A stretch of DNA of 64,000 nucleotides, from NCBI GenBank assembly GCA_020639195.1, contig JACKHB010000004.1, forward strand, positions 1 to 64,000. Direction: 5' to 3'. This DNA is from Phycisphaeraceae bacterium (GTDB lineage Bacteria; Planctomycetota; Phycisphaerae; Phycisphaerales; UBA1924). Every line of letters begins with the position of its first letter. The first letter of the stretch is position 1. Under the pieces are notes generated by a model. That model searched no databases, had not been told where the DNA came from, and saw nothing but the letters and a program-made list of their open reading frames with translations. Position numbers and translations under genes: made by a program. Shown here piece after piece: positions 8,746 through 25,968 of this stretch.

Positions 8746-9429
8746 TCAGTGGATGAGGTACAGCAGGGGGAAGAGGAAGATCCAGATGAGATCGACCAGG
8801 TGCCAGTAGAGACCGGCGATCTCGATTCCGGTGTAGTGCTTGGGCCCGTACATGCCCTTCTGGGCCCGGGCGAGCATGATGAGAATGACGGCGGTGCCGA
8901 TGAGAACGTGGAGCAGGTGCGTTCCGGTCGCGGCGTAGTAGACGCTCCACCAGACCGGCTCGTTGGGCGTTGACGGATTGGGGTAGTCGTACAGGCTTCC
9001 GGGGCGCTTGCCCGCGGCCCACTTGGGGCCGTATTCGAGGCCGAACTTGATGCCGGTGAAGAGCAGGCCGCAGAAGGCCGTGAAGGCGAGATTGAACTTG
9101 AGCAGCGCCTGCTGGTTCATCTGGGCGCAGCGGATGCTCCACGCGATCGTGAAGCTGGAGATGAGCAGGACGCCCGTGTTGATGCTGCCCCATAGCCAGT
9201 CGAGGTGATGGCTGCCGCCTCGGAACGCCTCGGGGTACATCGCGCGGAAGATGGCGTAGGCGCAGAAGAGGCCGGAAAAGAGCAGGACCTCGGTGGTAAG
9301 GAAGAGCCACATGCCGATCTTGCACGCGTCGAATTCCTCTTCCTTGGAGCGGAAGTGGTGCGCGTGCTTGAGTCGGGACCACAGCGGCGCCGATGCGTCG
9401 GTCGCGATCCCGTGTGATTCGGTGCTCAT
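8746..9429 (-). CDS. ctaE: cytochrome c oxidase subunit III
   Basis: Subunit III hallmark segments (WLFLTTEVLLFSGLFCAY, HHLDWLWG, YWHLVDLIWIFLFPLLYL). TGGAG RBS-like element 7 nt upstream of the ATG at 9429. Confidence 0.85.
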   Translation of the reverse strand: MSTESHGIATDASAPLWSRLKHAHHFRSKEEEFDACKIGMWLFLTTEVLLFSGLFCAYAIFRAMYPEAFRGGSHHLDWLWGSINTGVLLISSFTIAWSIRCAQMNQQALLKFNLAFTAFCGLLFTGIKFGLEYGPKWAAGKRPGSLYDYPNPSTPNEPVWWSVYYAATGTHLLHVLIGTAVILIMLARAQKGMYGPKHYTGIEIAGLYWHLVDLIWIFLFPLLYLIH

Positions 9430-9450
9430 CGTCGGCTCCAGATCGAACGG

Positions 9451-11250
<1,800 letters not shown>

Positions 11251-11293
11251 GGTCCACCTCATCGCGGCGGGAAAGCCGTCCCGCCGGGTCCGC

Positions 11294-12517
11294 CTATCCC
11301 TCACCCCCGCCGTCGGCCGGGTGGCCGGCGGGCTGATCCGCCGGCTGGTCCTGGGGCGTCTGCTCGGGCGTCTGGCCGCCATCGGGCGCATCGCCTGTGG
11401 CGGGCGCCTCGACCGGGTTGCCCTGGGCGTCGAGCGATCCCCAGAGCTCGTCGCCCGCGCTGGCCGGGGCATTCTCGCTGATCGACTTCATGAACGCGAT
11501 GATCGCCATCAACTGTTTGGAATTGATGCTGCCCTGGTAGGTGGGCATTCGATTCTCGCGCCCGATGCGCACCTTGGCGCCGGGGTTGTAGATGGCCTCA
11601 CGGATCGCGTTGTCGTCCAGGACCCAGCTCGAGCCGTCCTGGTACTCGGCCGTGGAGCCGTACAGATCCTTCCAAGTCGGGCCGGTGTTGTCGTCGCCGT
11701 TGGTGGTGTGGCAGCCGTTGCAGCCCTTCGTGGAGTACAGGATCTTGCCCACTTCCACCATCGGCATGGCGCCCGGGAAGGGCTCTCGCATCCACGCCGC
11801 GAACTGCTCCCTGGGAACCACGCGAACCAGCCCCGCCATCTCGCTGTGGTTGTCGCCGCAGTACTCGGCGCAAAAGAGCCAGTGCTCGCGGTTGGGATAG
11901 CCCAGCGCGGGGTTGTCGTTGTCGGTGGCCTTGAGCTTGACGGACTGGAACCAGTACTTGGTGAAGCGATTGGGAAACACGTCCTGCTTCATGCGAAAGT
12001 CGGGCACCCAGAAGCTGTGGATGACGTCCTCGCTGGTCATCCGGATCTCGACCGGCGTGTCCTCGGGCACAATGAACACCGGGATGTCCACGGCGCCGAT
12101 CTTGGTGGTCTCGGTGGAGCCGGAGCCGTTGGGATACTGGATGTCCCAGCTCCACTTCTTGGCGGTGAGGGTGAGTTGCAGCGCGCCCGCGGGGGCGACC
12201 TGCTGCTTGGCGTAGACCCAGAAGCCCTTGAAGAAGATCACCACGAGCAGGATGGTCGGCAGGACAGTCCACGTGACTTCCATGGGGGTGTTGTGGCCGG
12301 CGGAGCGGATGATGGGCTGGCCCTTGCGCCAGCGGTACTTGATGACGAAGTAGACCATCGCGGCCATGAGTCCGACGAAGCAGGCTACGCTGAGCCAGAG
12401 CAGGAACATGTACATGTGGTCCGTCTCGGCGGCGTACGTCGAGCTGCCGTGATCACGGAACCAGAGCCGCTGCATCGGCCCGGCATCGCCCAGGATGACC
12501 GAGAGCATCGCCATCAT
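11294..12517 (-). CDS. ctaC: cytochrome c oxidase subunit II with fused C-terminal cytochrome c domain (caa3-type)
   Basis: CuA site HSFWVPDF...[13 protein letters not shown]-terminal heme c site CNGCH. Two N-terminal TM helices. ATGA overlap with the sco stop. Confidence 0.9.
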   Translation of the reverse strand: MMAMLSVILGDAGPMQRLWFRDHGSSTYAAETDHMYMFLLWLSVACFVGLMAAMVYFVIKYRWRKGQPIIRSAGHNTPMEVTWTVLPTILLVVIFFKGFWVYAKQQVAPAGALQLTLTAKKWSWDIQYPNGSGSTETTKIGAVDIPVFIVPEDTPVEIRMTSEDVIHSFWVPDFRMKQDVFPNRFTKYWFQSVKLKATDNDNPALGYPNREHWLFCAEYCGDNHSEMAGLVRVVPREQFAAWMREPFPGAMPMVEVGKILYSTKGCNGCHTTNGDDNTGPTWKDLYGSTAEYQDGSSWVLDDNAIREAIYNPGAKVRIGRENRMPTYQGSINSKQLMAIIAFMKSISENAPASAGDELWGSLDAQGNPVEAPATGDAPDGGQTPEQTPQDQPADQPAGHPADGGGEG

Positions 12518-13434
12518 GCCTGTCCCATCCCGGCCGTGGCGGGCGCCGGGTTCGAAGGAGTGTCGGTGGACCCGCGGGCGCGCCGGCGCCCGATGCGTTC
12601 GCGGATGAACAGCGCCCCGATCAGCCCGAAGAGCAGCACCATCGTGGCGGCGCCACAGAGCTTCATCACCTGCATGGCCTGGAGGGTGAAGGCGCCCTGG
12701 TCGGGGTTCCAGCTGAAGCAGAAGTGCAGCAGCCGGTCGCCCAGCGACTTGCTGAGCCGGCCCTGCGAGGCCTCGAGCAGCGAGAGTTTCATGTCGCGCG
12801 GCTCGTGCGCCAGGCCGTAGAGGTATCGCGAGACCCTCGCGTCGGGCGTGAGGAACATGAGCGCCATCGCGTGGGAGTACTCGCCGTTGGGCAGCGGCTT
12901 GTAGGCGAAGCCGACGGCGTCGGCGAGGCGACGGGCGTTGCCCTCCGAGGCGGTGAAGAAGTGGAAGCCGGCCTCGACGCTCGGCGTGGTCTCGCGCTCG
13001 TAGCCGTTGATGGCCAGAGCCCGGGCCCGGGCCGCCATATCGGCGGTGTTGGTCGGGTCGAAGCTGACGACGATGACCTTGAAGTCCTCTCCAACGGTGT
13101 AGTCCACCGCGCTGAGCGACTTGACCATCTTCTCCTGCAGCGTCGGGCAGATGAGCGGGCAGTCGTAGTACGCCATCACCAGGATGGCGGGCTTGCCGTC
13201 GGTGAAGCAGTCGTCGAGATTGACCGCGTTGCCGAGGTGGTCCATGACCATCAAGCGCTCGGGGATGCGCTCGCCGAGGTGCTCGACCATCTCAAGGCCC
13301 TGGGCCTGCTCGGGTCGCTCAGTGCTGATGACCTGCGCGACGGCGCGCGGGCCGGCCGATGCGGCCAAGGCGATCGCCAGTCCGAGTTGGGGCATTACCC
13401 TTGGCACGAGCCCATTACTCTCCCGGCGCGGCAT
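12514..13434 (-). CDS. SCO1/SenC family copper chaperone (thioredoxin-fold CxxxC)
   Basis: CPLICP motif, conserved His region and signal-like N-terminus. Alternative start at 13395 (MPQLGLAIALAAS) is also plausible. Confidence 0.75.
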   Translation of the reverse strand: MPRRESNGLVPRVMPQLGLAIALAASAGPRAVAQVISTERPEQAQGLEMVEHLGERIPERLMVMDHLGNAVNLDDCFTDGKPAILVMAYYDCPLICPTLQEKMVKSLSAVDYTVGEDFKVIVVSFDPTNTADMAARARALAINGYERETTPSVEAGFHFFTASEGNARRLADAVGFAYKPLPNGEYSHAMALMFLTPDARVSRYLYGLAHEPRDMKLSLLEASQGRLSKSLGDRLLHFCFSWNPDQGAFTLQAMQVMKLCGAATMVLLFGLIGALFIRERIGRRRARGSTDTPSNPAPATAGMGQA

Positions 13435-13804
13435 ACCGGCCCGCGACCTTCTGCATGGCCTGTTCGATCGGGATCCGGACCGTGCCGGACTGGGCGTCCT
13501 CCCAGGCGTATTGGTCGAGATCGGCGATGGACGCGTTGCGATACTCGATCTGGCCCACCGCCTCGATCGTCGTCTCTCTCCGCTCGTTGCGGAGTTCCGT
13601 GATGTGCTTCTTGAAATAGACGGCTGTCGCCGCGGCGGTCACCACGACGAACAGCGTGATCACCACAAACGCGCCGGCCAGAATGGCGACGTTGGCCCTC
13701 GAGCCGTGTTCGGCCTGCGGCGGTCCTTCCTCCACGGAGTGCCGATGCCACTGGTCCGGCTCCTCGTGCTCGACTGACATGTAGTGGGCTTCTTCGTGGC
13801 TCAT
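13415..13804 (-). CDS. small single-TM membrane protein with His/Glu-rich N-terminus; possible ActG-like ACIII/oxidase accessory subunit
   Basis: 129 aa. N-terminus MSHEEAHYMSVEHEEPDQWHRH, then TM VAILAGAFVVITLFVVVTAAATAVYF. AGAGA RBS-like 6 nt before the ATG at 13804. Lies between actF and sco. Confidence 0.45.
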   Translation of the reverse strand: MSHEEAHYMSVEHEEPDQWHRHSVEEGPPQAEHGSRANVAILAGAFVVITLFVVVTAAATAVYFKKHITELRNERRETTIEAVGQIEYRNASIADLDQYAWEDAQSGTVRIPIEQAMQKVAGRYAAPGE

Positions 13805-13874
13805 CGATGGTCTCTTCGCAATTCTTGTCGCTCCGGATTCTTTCCTGTCTGACAGGACGCCGCCACCCCGTGGA

Positions 13875-15158
13875 TTACACCCAGTTCTGATGCTTGAGCG
13901 CCTCGCCCAGTCGCGGGTCCTTCAGCGGCACGAGCACCCCCGACCTGATGCGGTGGATCAGGAGGCCGCCCCAGAGTCCGACCGCCGCGGCGATTCCGGC
14001 GATGTCGAGCCACCAGCCGGCGGGCCCCGGGTTCTGGGCCTTGAGGTCGCCGAGATAGACCATCGGGCGCAGGATCCAGACCATGTCGGCGATGATCATG
14101 AGGATGAGCCATCCCGCCGCGATGGATGCGCCGATCGGGTTGCGCTTCACGTCCCGGAAGAGCAGGACGAGAAAGGGCACGATGAAGTGGCCGAGGATCA
14201 GGACGGCGCCGAGGTTCTGCCAGCCGTCCTGCGAGCGGTTGACGAACCAGGCGGACTCTTCGGGGATGTTGGAGTACCAGATCAGGAAGTACTGGCTGAA
14301 GGTGATGTACGCCCAGAACACGGTGAATCCGAACACGAGCTTGCCGACGTCGTGGGCGTGCTCGCTGGTGACCAGGCCGGTCAGATACCCCATGCCCCGG
14401 AGCACGCTGGTGATGATCATCAGGGCCGCCATGCCGCCCAGCGCCGCGGAGGCGAAGTAGTAGACGCCCCACATGGTGCTGAAGAAGCGGTGGTCGGTGC
14501 CCATGAGGAAGTCAAACGCGAAGAACGCCGTGGTGAGCGCGAAGAGGATCAGCCCGGGGGCCGACAGCCGCCGGGCCTTGGCCGTCAGCCAGCGATCTCC
14601 GGTCTGGTCCTGCGCCTTGCTCCAGCGCCAGAAGGATGTTGCGAGGAACATCCAGACCACGGCGTAGATCACGAAGCGGATGACGAGGAATCCCGGATTG
14701 AGGTACGGCGATTTGTGCTCGAGCAGATGGTCGGTGTGCGGATCGATGCCGAGCCACGAGAGCATGATGCCGCCGTTGGCGATCTCGAGGATCAGCACGA
14801 TCAGCGCGCCGACGAGGCACCACGGCAGCATCATCATGAGGTTCTCGAGCTGGCGGCGCACGGTCGCGCTCCAGCCCGCGTTGGTCAGATGCAGGACCAT
14901 GGTCCAGAACAGGCCGCCCAGGCTCAGGGCGGTGACGGTAAAGAGGCCGACCTCGAACGCCGCGAGCGCGTGGCGGGCGTTGAGCACGAACGCCCCGGCG
15001 ATCGTGAAGACCAGACCGAGGGCTCCGATGCTCAGGAAGACGCCCGCGAGCGCCAGGCCGGAGCCCTCTCGCAGCCGAAGGTTCTCTTCGCGCATGGCGG
15101 GGTGCTTCGCCGCGGCCGTCAGCATGCGATCGAACTGCTCGTTCGTGAGCGAGCTCAT
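13875..15158 (-). CDS. actF: Alternative Complex III subunit ActF (NrfD/PsrC-like polytopic membrane subunit)
   Basis: About 10 TM helices, paralogous to ActC. The ATG at 15158 overlaps the actE stop (ATGA). The track's extra 42 N-terminal codons are Arg-rich. Confidence 0.75.
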   Translation of the reverse strand: MSSLTNEQFDRMLTAAAKHPAMREENLRLREGSGLALAGVFLSIGALGLVFTIAGAFVLNARHALAAFEVGLFTVTALSLGGLFWTMVLHLTNAGWSATVRRQLENLMMMLPWCLVGALIVLILEIANGGIMLSWLGIDPHTDHLLEHKSPYLNPGFLVIRFVIYAVVWMFLATSFWRWSKAQDQTGDRWLTAKARRLSAPGLILFALTTAFFAFDFLMGTDHRFFSTMWGVYYFASAALGGMAALMIITSVLRGMGYLTGLVTSEHAHDVGKLVFGFTVFWAYITFSQYFLIWYSNIPEESAWFVNRSQDGWQNLGAVLILGHFIVPFLVLLFRDVKRNPIGASIAAGWLILMIIADMVWILRPMVYLGDLKAQNPGPAGWWLDIAGIAAAVGLWGGLLIHRIRSGVLVPLKDPRLGEALKHQNWV

Positions 15159-15970
15159 GGCGTCTCTCCCATGGCGATGCCGCCGCGCTGACGCTCGAGG
15201 ACCTCGCGTTCGCCCTGCGGCACGTCGGCGAGCGACCCCTTGCGGCTGGCCTGGAGCGCGCGGATGTAGGCGACGACCTCCCACGCCTGCCGCACGGACA
15301 GGGCGTGGGCGTAGCCGGGCATCTTGGCGCCCATCTCAACGCCGTTTCGCGCCGTGTAGAACAGGTATCCATCGCGACCGGTGCGCTGCTGCGGATCGGA
15401 GTACTTGGGGTCGTGGAAGCTCGGCACGGCGTACGTCCAGCGCCGACCGACCATGCCGCCATACGGCTCGTTGTTCAGCACGCCGCCGCCCTCGCCGCTG
15501 TAGCCGTGGCACACCGAGCAGTAGATGTTGAATCGGGCGCGTCCACGCTCGATCGCCGCCATGTCGATCGCGATCGGGATCGTGTCGATGAACGTCGCGG
15601 CGTCCTGGCTCTGCCACGCGCCGGCGGGATCGACGCCGTCGGCCACGCCGTGGTAGACCGCCGAATCGAGCCCGAGCAGGTCGTCTCGCTGCTGTCGGTA
15701 GTCCGTCTGCCACGACGCGTCGCCGGACTCATCGGTGATCATGCGCCTCGCGAACGCGACGGTGCCGACCACGGGCTGACGCATCGTGCGGCCGTCGGCG
15801 AAGAACTCGCTCTTGGTCTGCGGGTTCCAGCGCGGCTGATCGTCCATATCCGGCAGGAACTGGCGGGGCGGCTTGTCGGACCGCTCGCCGCGGCAGCCCG
15901 TCAGGGCGAGCAGCAGCGCGACGGCGGGCAGGCCGGCGACTCGCGCGAGGGTGGTTCGTGTGCGGCGCAT
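15155..15970 (-). CDS. actE: Alternative Complex III monoheme cytochrome c subunit ActE (lipoprotein)
   Basis: Signal peptide with lipobox LTGC. Single CSVCH heme-binding site. Position and size fit ActE. Confidence 0.75.
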   Translation of the reverse strand: MRRTRTTLARVAGLPAVALLLALTGCRGERSDKPPRQFLPDMDDQPRWNPQTKSEFFADGRTMRQPVVGTVAFARRMITDESGDASWQTDYRQQRDDLLGLDSAVYHGVADGVDPAGAWQSQDAATFIDTIPIAIDMAAIERGRARFNIYCSVCHGYSGEGGGVLNNEPYGGMVGRRWTYAVPSFHDPKYSDPQQRTGRDGYLFYTARNGVEMGAKMPGYAHALSVRQAWEVVAYIRALQASRKGSLADVPQGEREVLERQRGGIAMGETP

Positions 15971-15973
15971 GGG

Positions 15974-16590
15974 CTACAGGTCCTCGACCAGGTCGACGCG
16001 AGAGGCCCCGCCCTTGGTGAGCAGGTCGCGCGTCTTCTGCGGATCGAACTTGGGATCGAGCGCCTCGATGTAGATGAAGAAGCGGTCGTTGGAGGCGTCC
16101 AGGAACGGCTCGTGGTTGAAGAGCGGGTGGTGCGGCCGCGGCAGGCCGTTGAGCGACAGCATCCCGATCAGGGCGGCGAAGGCGCTGATCAGCACGCCGC
16201 TCTCAAAGATGATCGGCACGAAGGGCTGCCAGGCGTGGGGCGGCTTGCCCTGCACGACGATCGGGTAGTTGATGCTCATCCACCACTGCATCAGCCAGCC
16301 GAGGCCCGCCGCCGACAGGCCGATCACCCCCACCGCCAGCGGGAGCTTGGTGCGCTTCATGCCCATGACCTGCTCGGCGCCGTGGATGGGAAACGGCGAG
16401 TGCAGGTCCCACTTGGTGTACCCGGCGTCGCGGACCGATTCGCCCGCCCGGCACACGCTGGACACGTCGCCGAACTCAGCGACCAGGCCGGCCACCGGCG
16501 AGCCCGAGGGCGTCGCGTACCTGGGCGCGGGCGGTCGCAACTGCTTGGGAAGCAGGCCCGACAGCATCGGGAAGTAGTCGGTGATGGCCA

Positions 16591-16591
<1 letters not shown>
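15974..16591 (-). CDS. actD: Alternative Complex III membrane subunit ActD (DUF3341-type)
   Basis: Two TM helices. The start MAITDYFPMLSG at 16591 overlaps the actC stop by 1 nt (TGATG). The upstream Arg/Pro-rich part of the track ORF is likely spurious. Confidence 0.65.
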
Positions 16592-21725
<5,134 letters not shown>

Positions 21726-21770
21726 GCGTCACGCCCGCCTCTGAGTGTCGCCGAACCCGATGAAGCCGTC

Positions 21771-22460
21771 CTAGTGGTGGCACGCCCCGCACGTCTCCGG
21801 CGGCGCCGTGCGCAACGCCTCGACGAGCGCATCCACATCCATCGTGCCCTCGTGATGACGACGCGCCGTCAGTTCCTGCTCGACCTCGCGCAGTCTCGTC
21901 ACCTGGTCCGGCTCGACCAGGTGCTTGCCAGGGTCACGATGGCAATCCAGGCACCACCCCATGCTCAGCGGCTCGGCCTGGAACACCTCGGGCATGCCCA
22001 TGATCTGGCCGTGGCAGGAATAGCAGCTCACGCCCGCGTGGATGTGGACATGATGAGGGAAGTTGCGGACATAGTCCGGCAGCTTGTGGACCCGCCGCCA
22101 CTCGATCGACTCGTCCGTCGCGTACGCGTCGCGGATGAACTGCACCTTCTCATCCTTCACGAACTCGGTGCTGAGCCGATTCTCGGTGTGACATCCCATG
22201 CACGTCGCGACATTCGGCACGTTCGCCTCGGGCGATTGCTCCACTTTCGTGTGGCAATAGCGACAGTCGATGCCGAGCTTGCCCGCGTGGATCTGGTGGT
22301 TGAATCCGCTGCCGGGCTGCTGGGGCATATACCCCGCTTCCCAGTACTTGGGTGTGAAGTAGTACCAAACGCCCGCGACGGCCGTCACCGCTCCACCCAT
22401 CGCCATCGCGGCCGTCACCGTCGGCAACGCGTTGGTCCACTTTGGAAACAGGCCGGGCAT
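21771..22460 (-). CDS. actA: Alternative Complex III pentaheme cytochrome c subunit ActA
   Basis: Five CxxCH motifs (CRYCH, CMGCH, CYSCH, CLDCH, CGACH) and an N-terminal TM anchor. GGAGGTGA RBS precedes the ATG at 22460. Confidence 0.85.
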   Translation of the reverse strand: MPGLFPKWTNALPTVTAAMAMGGAVTAVAGVWYYFTPKYWEAGYMPQQPGSGFNHQIHAGKLGIDCRYCHTKVEQSPEANVPNVATCMGCHTENRLSTEFVKDEKVQFIRDAYATDESIEWRRVHKLPDYVRNFPHHVHIHAGVSCYSCHGQIMGMPEVFQAEPLSMGWCLDCHRDPGKHLVEPDQVTRLREVEQELTARRHHEGTMDVDALVEALRTAPPETCGACHH

Positions 22461-22702
22461 CGTCACCTCCAAGGCCTGAACGCGCCGCGGCATCGGCTCC
22501 GCTCAGCCGACACGCGGGTGCCGAGAAGCCGTTCAAACACGGACACGCATATCCGCATTCGAGCGCGACCACAGCCCGCGGATTGCTGTGGGGCCGTAAT
22601 ATCTGCAGTCTGAGCGCACCGAGTCAAGTGTCCGGACCGTCTTCATGGACAACTGAGATCCAGTCGCAACTGCCCGATCGCCAAATCCCGGGAGCTCCCG
22701 CC

Positions 22703-24295
22703 GTGTCCCAAACCGACGATGGGGTCGTGTATCGGACGAGATCAGGTTCTCGGACCATATTGGAAGGGCTGACCCTTGGGTTCCTCGCCGCAACCTGCGC
22801 GGACGCCGCCTGGTTCGGGCTGAGCTTCCCGGGACTCCATCTTCCTCGGGCTGCGATCGGGCTGGGGATTCTCGCCAGCTTTGCCGGTGCGCTCATCGGG
22901 GCGATGCGGATGTGGAAGCCACAGCGTCCGGTCCGGGTCGGCGCGCTGGCGGGGGGAGTCGGGGCGGCCGTCCAGTTGCTCGTGCTCGGATCCTTCTTTA
23001 CGCATGCGCCCGGAGAGAGCGGGACGAGCGTCTCACCGGTCGATCCCTCACTTCGACCGGCCGCCGGACTCATGGCTGTGGGTTTCTTGTCGGTTGCTGT
23101 GGGAATTGGCGCCGCCTCTGGGATGGCGAGGGGGAAGCCTCGGCGCGAGGCTTCAATTCAGATGTGGTTGTCCAGATTCGGCGCGGTCGCGGTGGTCGCG
23201 ACTCTGCTGCTGGTGCTCGTCGGCGGACTGGTGACCAGCGCGGACGCGGGACTGGCCGTCGCGGACTGGCCGACCACCCGCACCGCGAACATGTTTTTGT
23301 ACCCGCTGAGCCTCATGTCTCATCCGCGGGTGTTTCTCGAGCACAGCCATCGGCTGCTCGGCTCGATGGTCGGGCTCAGCACGCTGGTGCTGGCTGTCCT
23401 CATTGCGGTGTTCGATTCGCGCCAAAGGGACCGCGTGCTCGGGATCGCGATCGGCTTTGGAGCCGCGGCGGTCCTCGGCGGACTCATGGGCGCGGCGACC
23501 CGGGGCGTGGTCTCTCATTCCGTTCTGATCGCCGCGGCGGTCCTCGGGATGGTCGCGGGTCTCGGGAGCGCGATCGTCGGCTTCAAGCGCGGGTCGTCGG
23601 TCATGGTCGCCTTCGCGTTGCTCGCCCTGGTGACGGCGCAGGGCTTCCTGGGCGGAACCCGGGTGACCCAGCAGAGCCAGGTGCTCGCGCTCGTGCACGG
23701 CATGCTGGCGATGGTGTTTCTGTCGCTGATGGTCGCCCAGGCGACGTGGCTCCGCCCTGCGTGGATCGAGGCCAAAGCGGTCTCGGACGGCGCGGTACGG
23801 CGTTTCCGGACCATGAGCACCGCATTGCTCCACACGTTGTACGTGCAGGTGCTGCTTGGGGCGATGTACCGGCACCTCGGATCCAAGGGCATGCACGCGT
23901 TGTTCACGCACGCCGCGGTGAGCGTGGCCGTGCTCGTGCTGGCGACGCTGTGCGCCGCGAGCGCGGTGCGCGCCGCGGGCGCGCCGGGTGTGGAGAGCGA
24001 GCGATTGAATCTGGGGCGACGATGGCTCCTGGTGATCGTGAATCTGCAGATGGCCCTTGGGATCGGCGCGATGATCGCGGTGCTGCTTGGAGCCTCGCGG
24101 GGGCCAACGCCGACGTCTTCAGAGCTGGAGCAGGCCCCCGCCGCCCCGCTCTACGAGGTGGTGCTCTCGACACTCCATCATGCCAATGGGGCGGCCCTGG
24201 TGGCGACCGCCATGGTGATGTTCCTGTGGGCGAGGCGGCTCTGGAGCCCCACGGCGGCAGGAGCGTCAGCCGGAGGGGAGGGCTCTCGGAAGTGA
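22703..24295 (+). CDS. ctaA: heme A synthase (COX15/CtaA family), possibly with an extra N-terminal TM domain
   Basis: Core begins MWLSRFGAVAVVATLLLVLVGGLVTSADAGLAVADWP (CtaA signature near TM1) followed by 7 more TMs. In-frame upstream segment has about 4 further TM-like helices. GTG at 22703 follows GGGAG; an alternative ATG at 23162 gives a canonical 378-aa CtaA. Divergent from actA. Confidence 0.6.
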   Translation: MSQTDDGVVYRTRSGSRTILEGLTLGFLAATCADAAWFGLSFPGLHLPRAAIGLGILASFAGALIGAMRMWKPQRPVRVGALAGGVGAAVQLLVLGSFFTHAPGESGTSVSPVDPSLRPAAGLMAVGFLSVAVGIGAASGMARGKPRREASIQMWLSRFGAVAVVATLLLVLVGGLVTSADAGLAVADWPTTRTANMFLYPLSLMSHPRVFLEHSHRLLGSMVGLSTLVLAVLIAVFDSRQRDRVLGIAIGFGAAAVLGGLMGAATRGVVSHSVLIAAAVLGMVAGLGSAIVGFKRGSSVMVAFALLALVTAQGFLGGTRVTQQSQVLALVHGMLAMVFLSLMVAQATWLRPAWIEAKAVSDGAVRRFRTMSTALLHTLYVQVLLGAMYRHLGSKGMHALFTHAAVSVAVLVLATLCAASAVRAAGAPGVESERLNLGRRWLLVIVNLQMALGIGAMIAVLLGASRGPTPTSSELEQAPAAPLYEVVLSTLHHANGAALVATAMVMFLWARRLWSPTAAGASAGGEGSRK

Positions 24296-24435
24296 CCTCG
24301 GCTCCAGAAATGCCGTGACACGTCCGCCCAACCGATAGATACTGGTCCGGGGCAATCCGCGCCCCTCCGAGGGCGTTTGGCCCATGGCCGAACCGGCCGG
24401 CGACGGCATGCGCACCGTCGGGGGAGGCATACGCG

Positions 24436-25956
24436 ATGGCGACCGTCCGATCTCTGTCTCGAGAGCTGACTCCTCTGCCGGCGTCGCGATTCGGATACGC
24501 CGAAGCCCGGCACCTGCTCTGGCGTGCGGGCTTCGGGGGAACGCCCGAGCAGATTCAGACGCTCGCCGGCTGGGGGCTGGATCGGTCGGTGGACTACCTG
24601 ATCGAGGTCGAGAAGGTCACCACGGAGCCGGTCCGCGAGGACGAGTTCCAGTCCGACATCATCCGACCGGCCACCGAGGAAGAGCGGATGGCGTATCGGC
24701 GGGCCCGAGCATCCCAGGACGAGAACGTGCTGGCGCGCCTCCGGGCCGAGCAGCAGCGGCGCGAGCGCATGGACCGACAGCAGATCGCGGAGATGCAGCG
24801 CTGGTGGCTGCGGCGCATGATCGAGACGCCCAAGCCTCTCGAAGAGAAGATGACGCTGTTCTGGCACGGACATTTCGCGACCAGCTTCCGCAAGATCGAG
24901 GACAGCTGGATGATGTTCCGTCAGAACCAGTTGTTCCGAACCCATGCGCTGGGCAATGTGGGCGACCTGCTGTTCCAGATCATTCGCGATCCGGCGATGA
25001 TCAAGTACCTCGACAACGACCGGAGCAACGCCGAGCATCCCAACGAGAACCTGGCCCGCGAGCTGATGGAGCTGTTCAGCCTCGGGGAGGGCAACTACTC
25101 AGAGCAGGACATCAAGGAGGGGGCACGGGCGCTCACGGGATACACCTTTGAGGACGACGAGTTCCGGTTCGTCGACCGCAATCACGACAAGGGTTCCAAG
25201 CGGATCCTGGGCGCGAGCGGCCGCCTGGACGGCGACGACTTCGTGCGGGCGATCCTCGCGCAGCGCAACTGCGCCCAGTTCATCTGCCGCAAGCTCTATC
25301 GGTACTTCGTGGCCGATGTCCCGCTGGTGGAGGACGCCTCGCAGCCCGATGCCAACGCGTTCATCCGCGAGCTGGCGTCGCTGATGCTTCGGGCGCGATA
25401 CGACCTTCGCCCCGTGATCCGGGCGATGTTCCGCAGCGAGCATTTCTACGGCGCGACGGTGCGCAACCAGCAGATCAAGAGCCCGGCACAGCTCATGGTC
25501 GGCGCGGTGCGGAGCCTGCTCACGCCCACGCGGGACCTCGCGGTGCTCAACGACGCTCTGGATCTGATGGGCCAGGACTTGTTCTTCCCCCCGAGCGTCA
25601 AGGGGTGGGATGGCGGGCGCAGCTGGATCAACACCTCCACGCTGTTCGTGCGCCAGAACATCATGAGCTACCTGCTGACCGGCCGGATGCCGCAGGGATA
25701 CGACCCCTCGGCGCGCGAGGTCCGCTACGACGGCGAGCCGCTGCTGGCCTCGCTGATCTCGGCCGACCCCGACGCCCGCACGAATCACGACCGCATCGTC
25801 GAATTCCTGCTGCGCTTCACGATCGGCCACGCCCCCAGCCACGCCAAGGCGGAACTCGACGCGTTTGTGGCCGGCCACGGCGAGCGCGTCTCCGGTGACG
25901 TGCTGACGGCGCTGGTGCTGCTCATCACGGCGATGCCCGAGTATCAGTTGACCTGA
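24436..25956 (+). CDS. DUF1800 family protein
   Basis: About 500-aa soluble protein directly upstream of a Tat-signal DUF1501 gene, a conserved pair in Planctomycetota/Verrucomicrobia. GGGGGAGG RBS 8 nt before the ATG. Confidence 0.55.
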   Translation: MATVRSLSRELTPLPASRFGYAEARHLLWRAGFGGTPEQIQTLAGWGLDRSVDYLIEVEKVTTEPVREDEFQSDIIRPATEEERMAYRRARASQDENVLARLRAEQQRRERMDRQQIAEMQRWWLRRMIETPKPLEEKMTLFWHGHFATSFRKIEDSWMMFRQNQLFRTHALGNVGDLLFQIIRDPAMIKYLDNDRSNAEHPNENLARELMELFSLGEGNYSEQDIKEGARALTGYTFEDDEFRFVDRNHDKGSKRILGASGRLDGDDFVRAILAQRNCAQFICRKLYRYFVADVPLVEDASQPDANAFIRELASLMLRARYDLRPVIRAMFRSEHFYGATVRNQQIKSPAQLMVGAVRSLLTPTRDLAVLNDALDLMGQDLFFPPSVKGWDGGRSWINTSTLFVRQNIMSYLLTGRMPQGYDPSAREVRYDGEPLLASLISADPDARTNHDRIVEFLLRFTIGHAPSHAKAELDAFVAGHGERVSGDVLTALVLLITAMPEYQLT

Positions 25957-25968
25957 GTGGAGTTGCCC

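Noticed and set aside
11251-11472. 74-codon N-terminal extension of ctaD
   Set aside because: Arg/Pro-rich and non-conserved. The internal ATG at 11250 has a GAGGTGGA RBS and starts the conserved subunit I N-terminus.
13890-15191. 433-aa plus-strand ORF and the 14512-15462 minus-strand ORF
   Set aside because: Both are alternative or antisense frames over actF and actE, with acidic or Arg-rich low-complexity translations.
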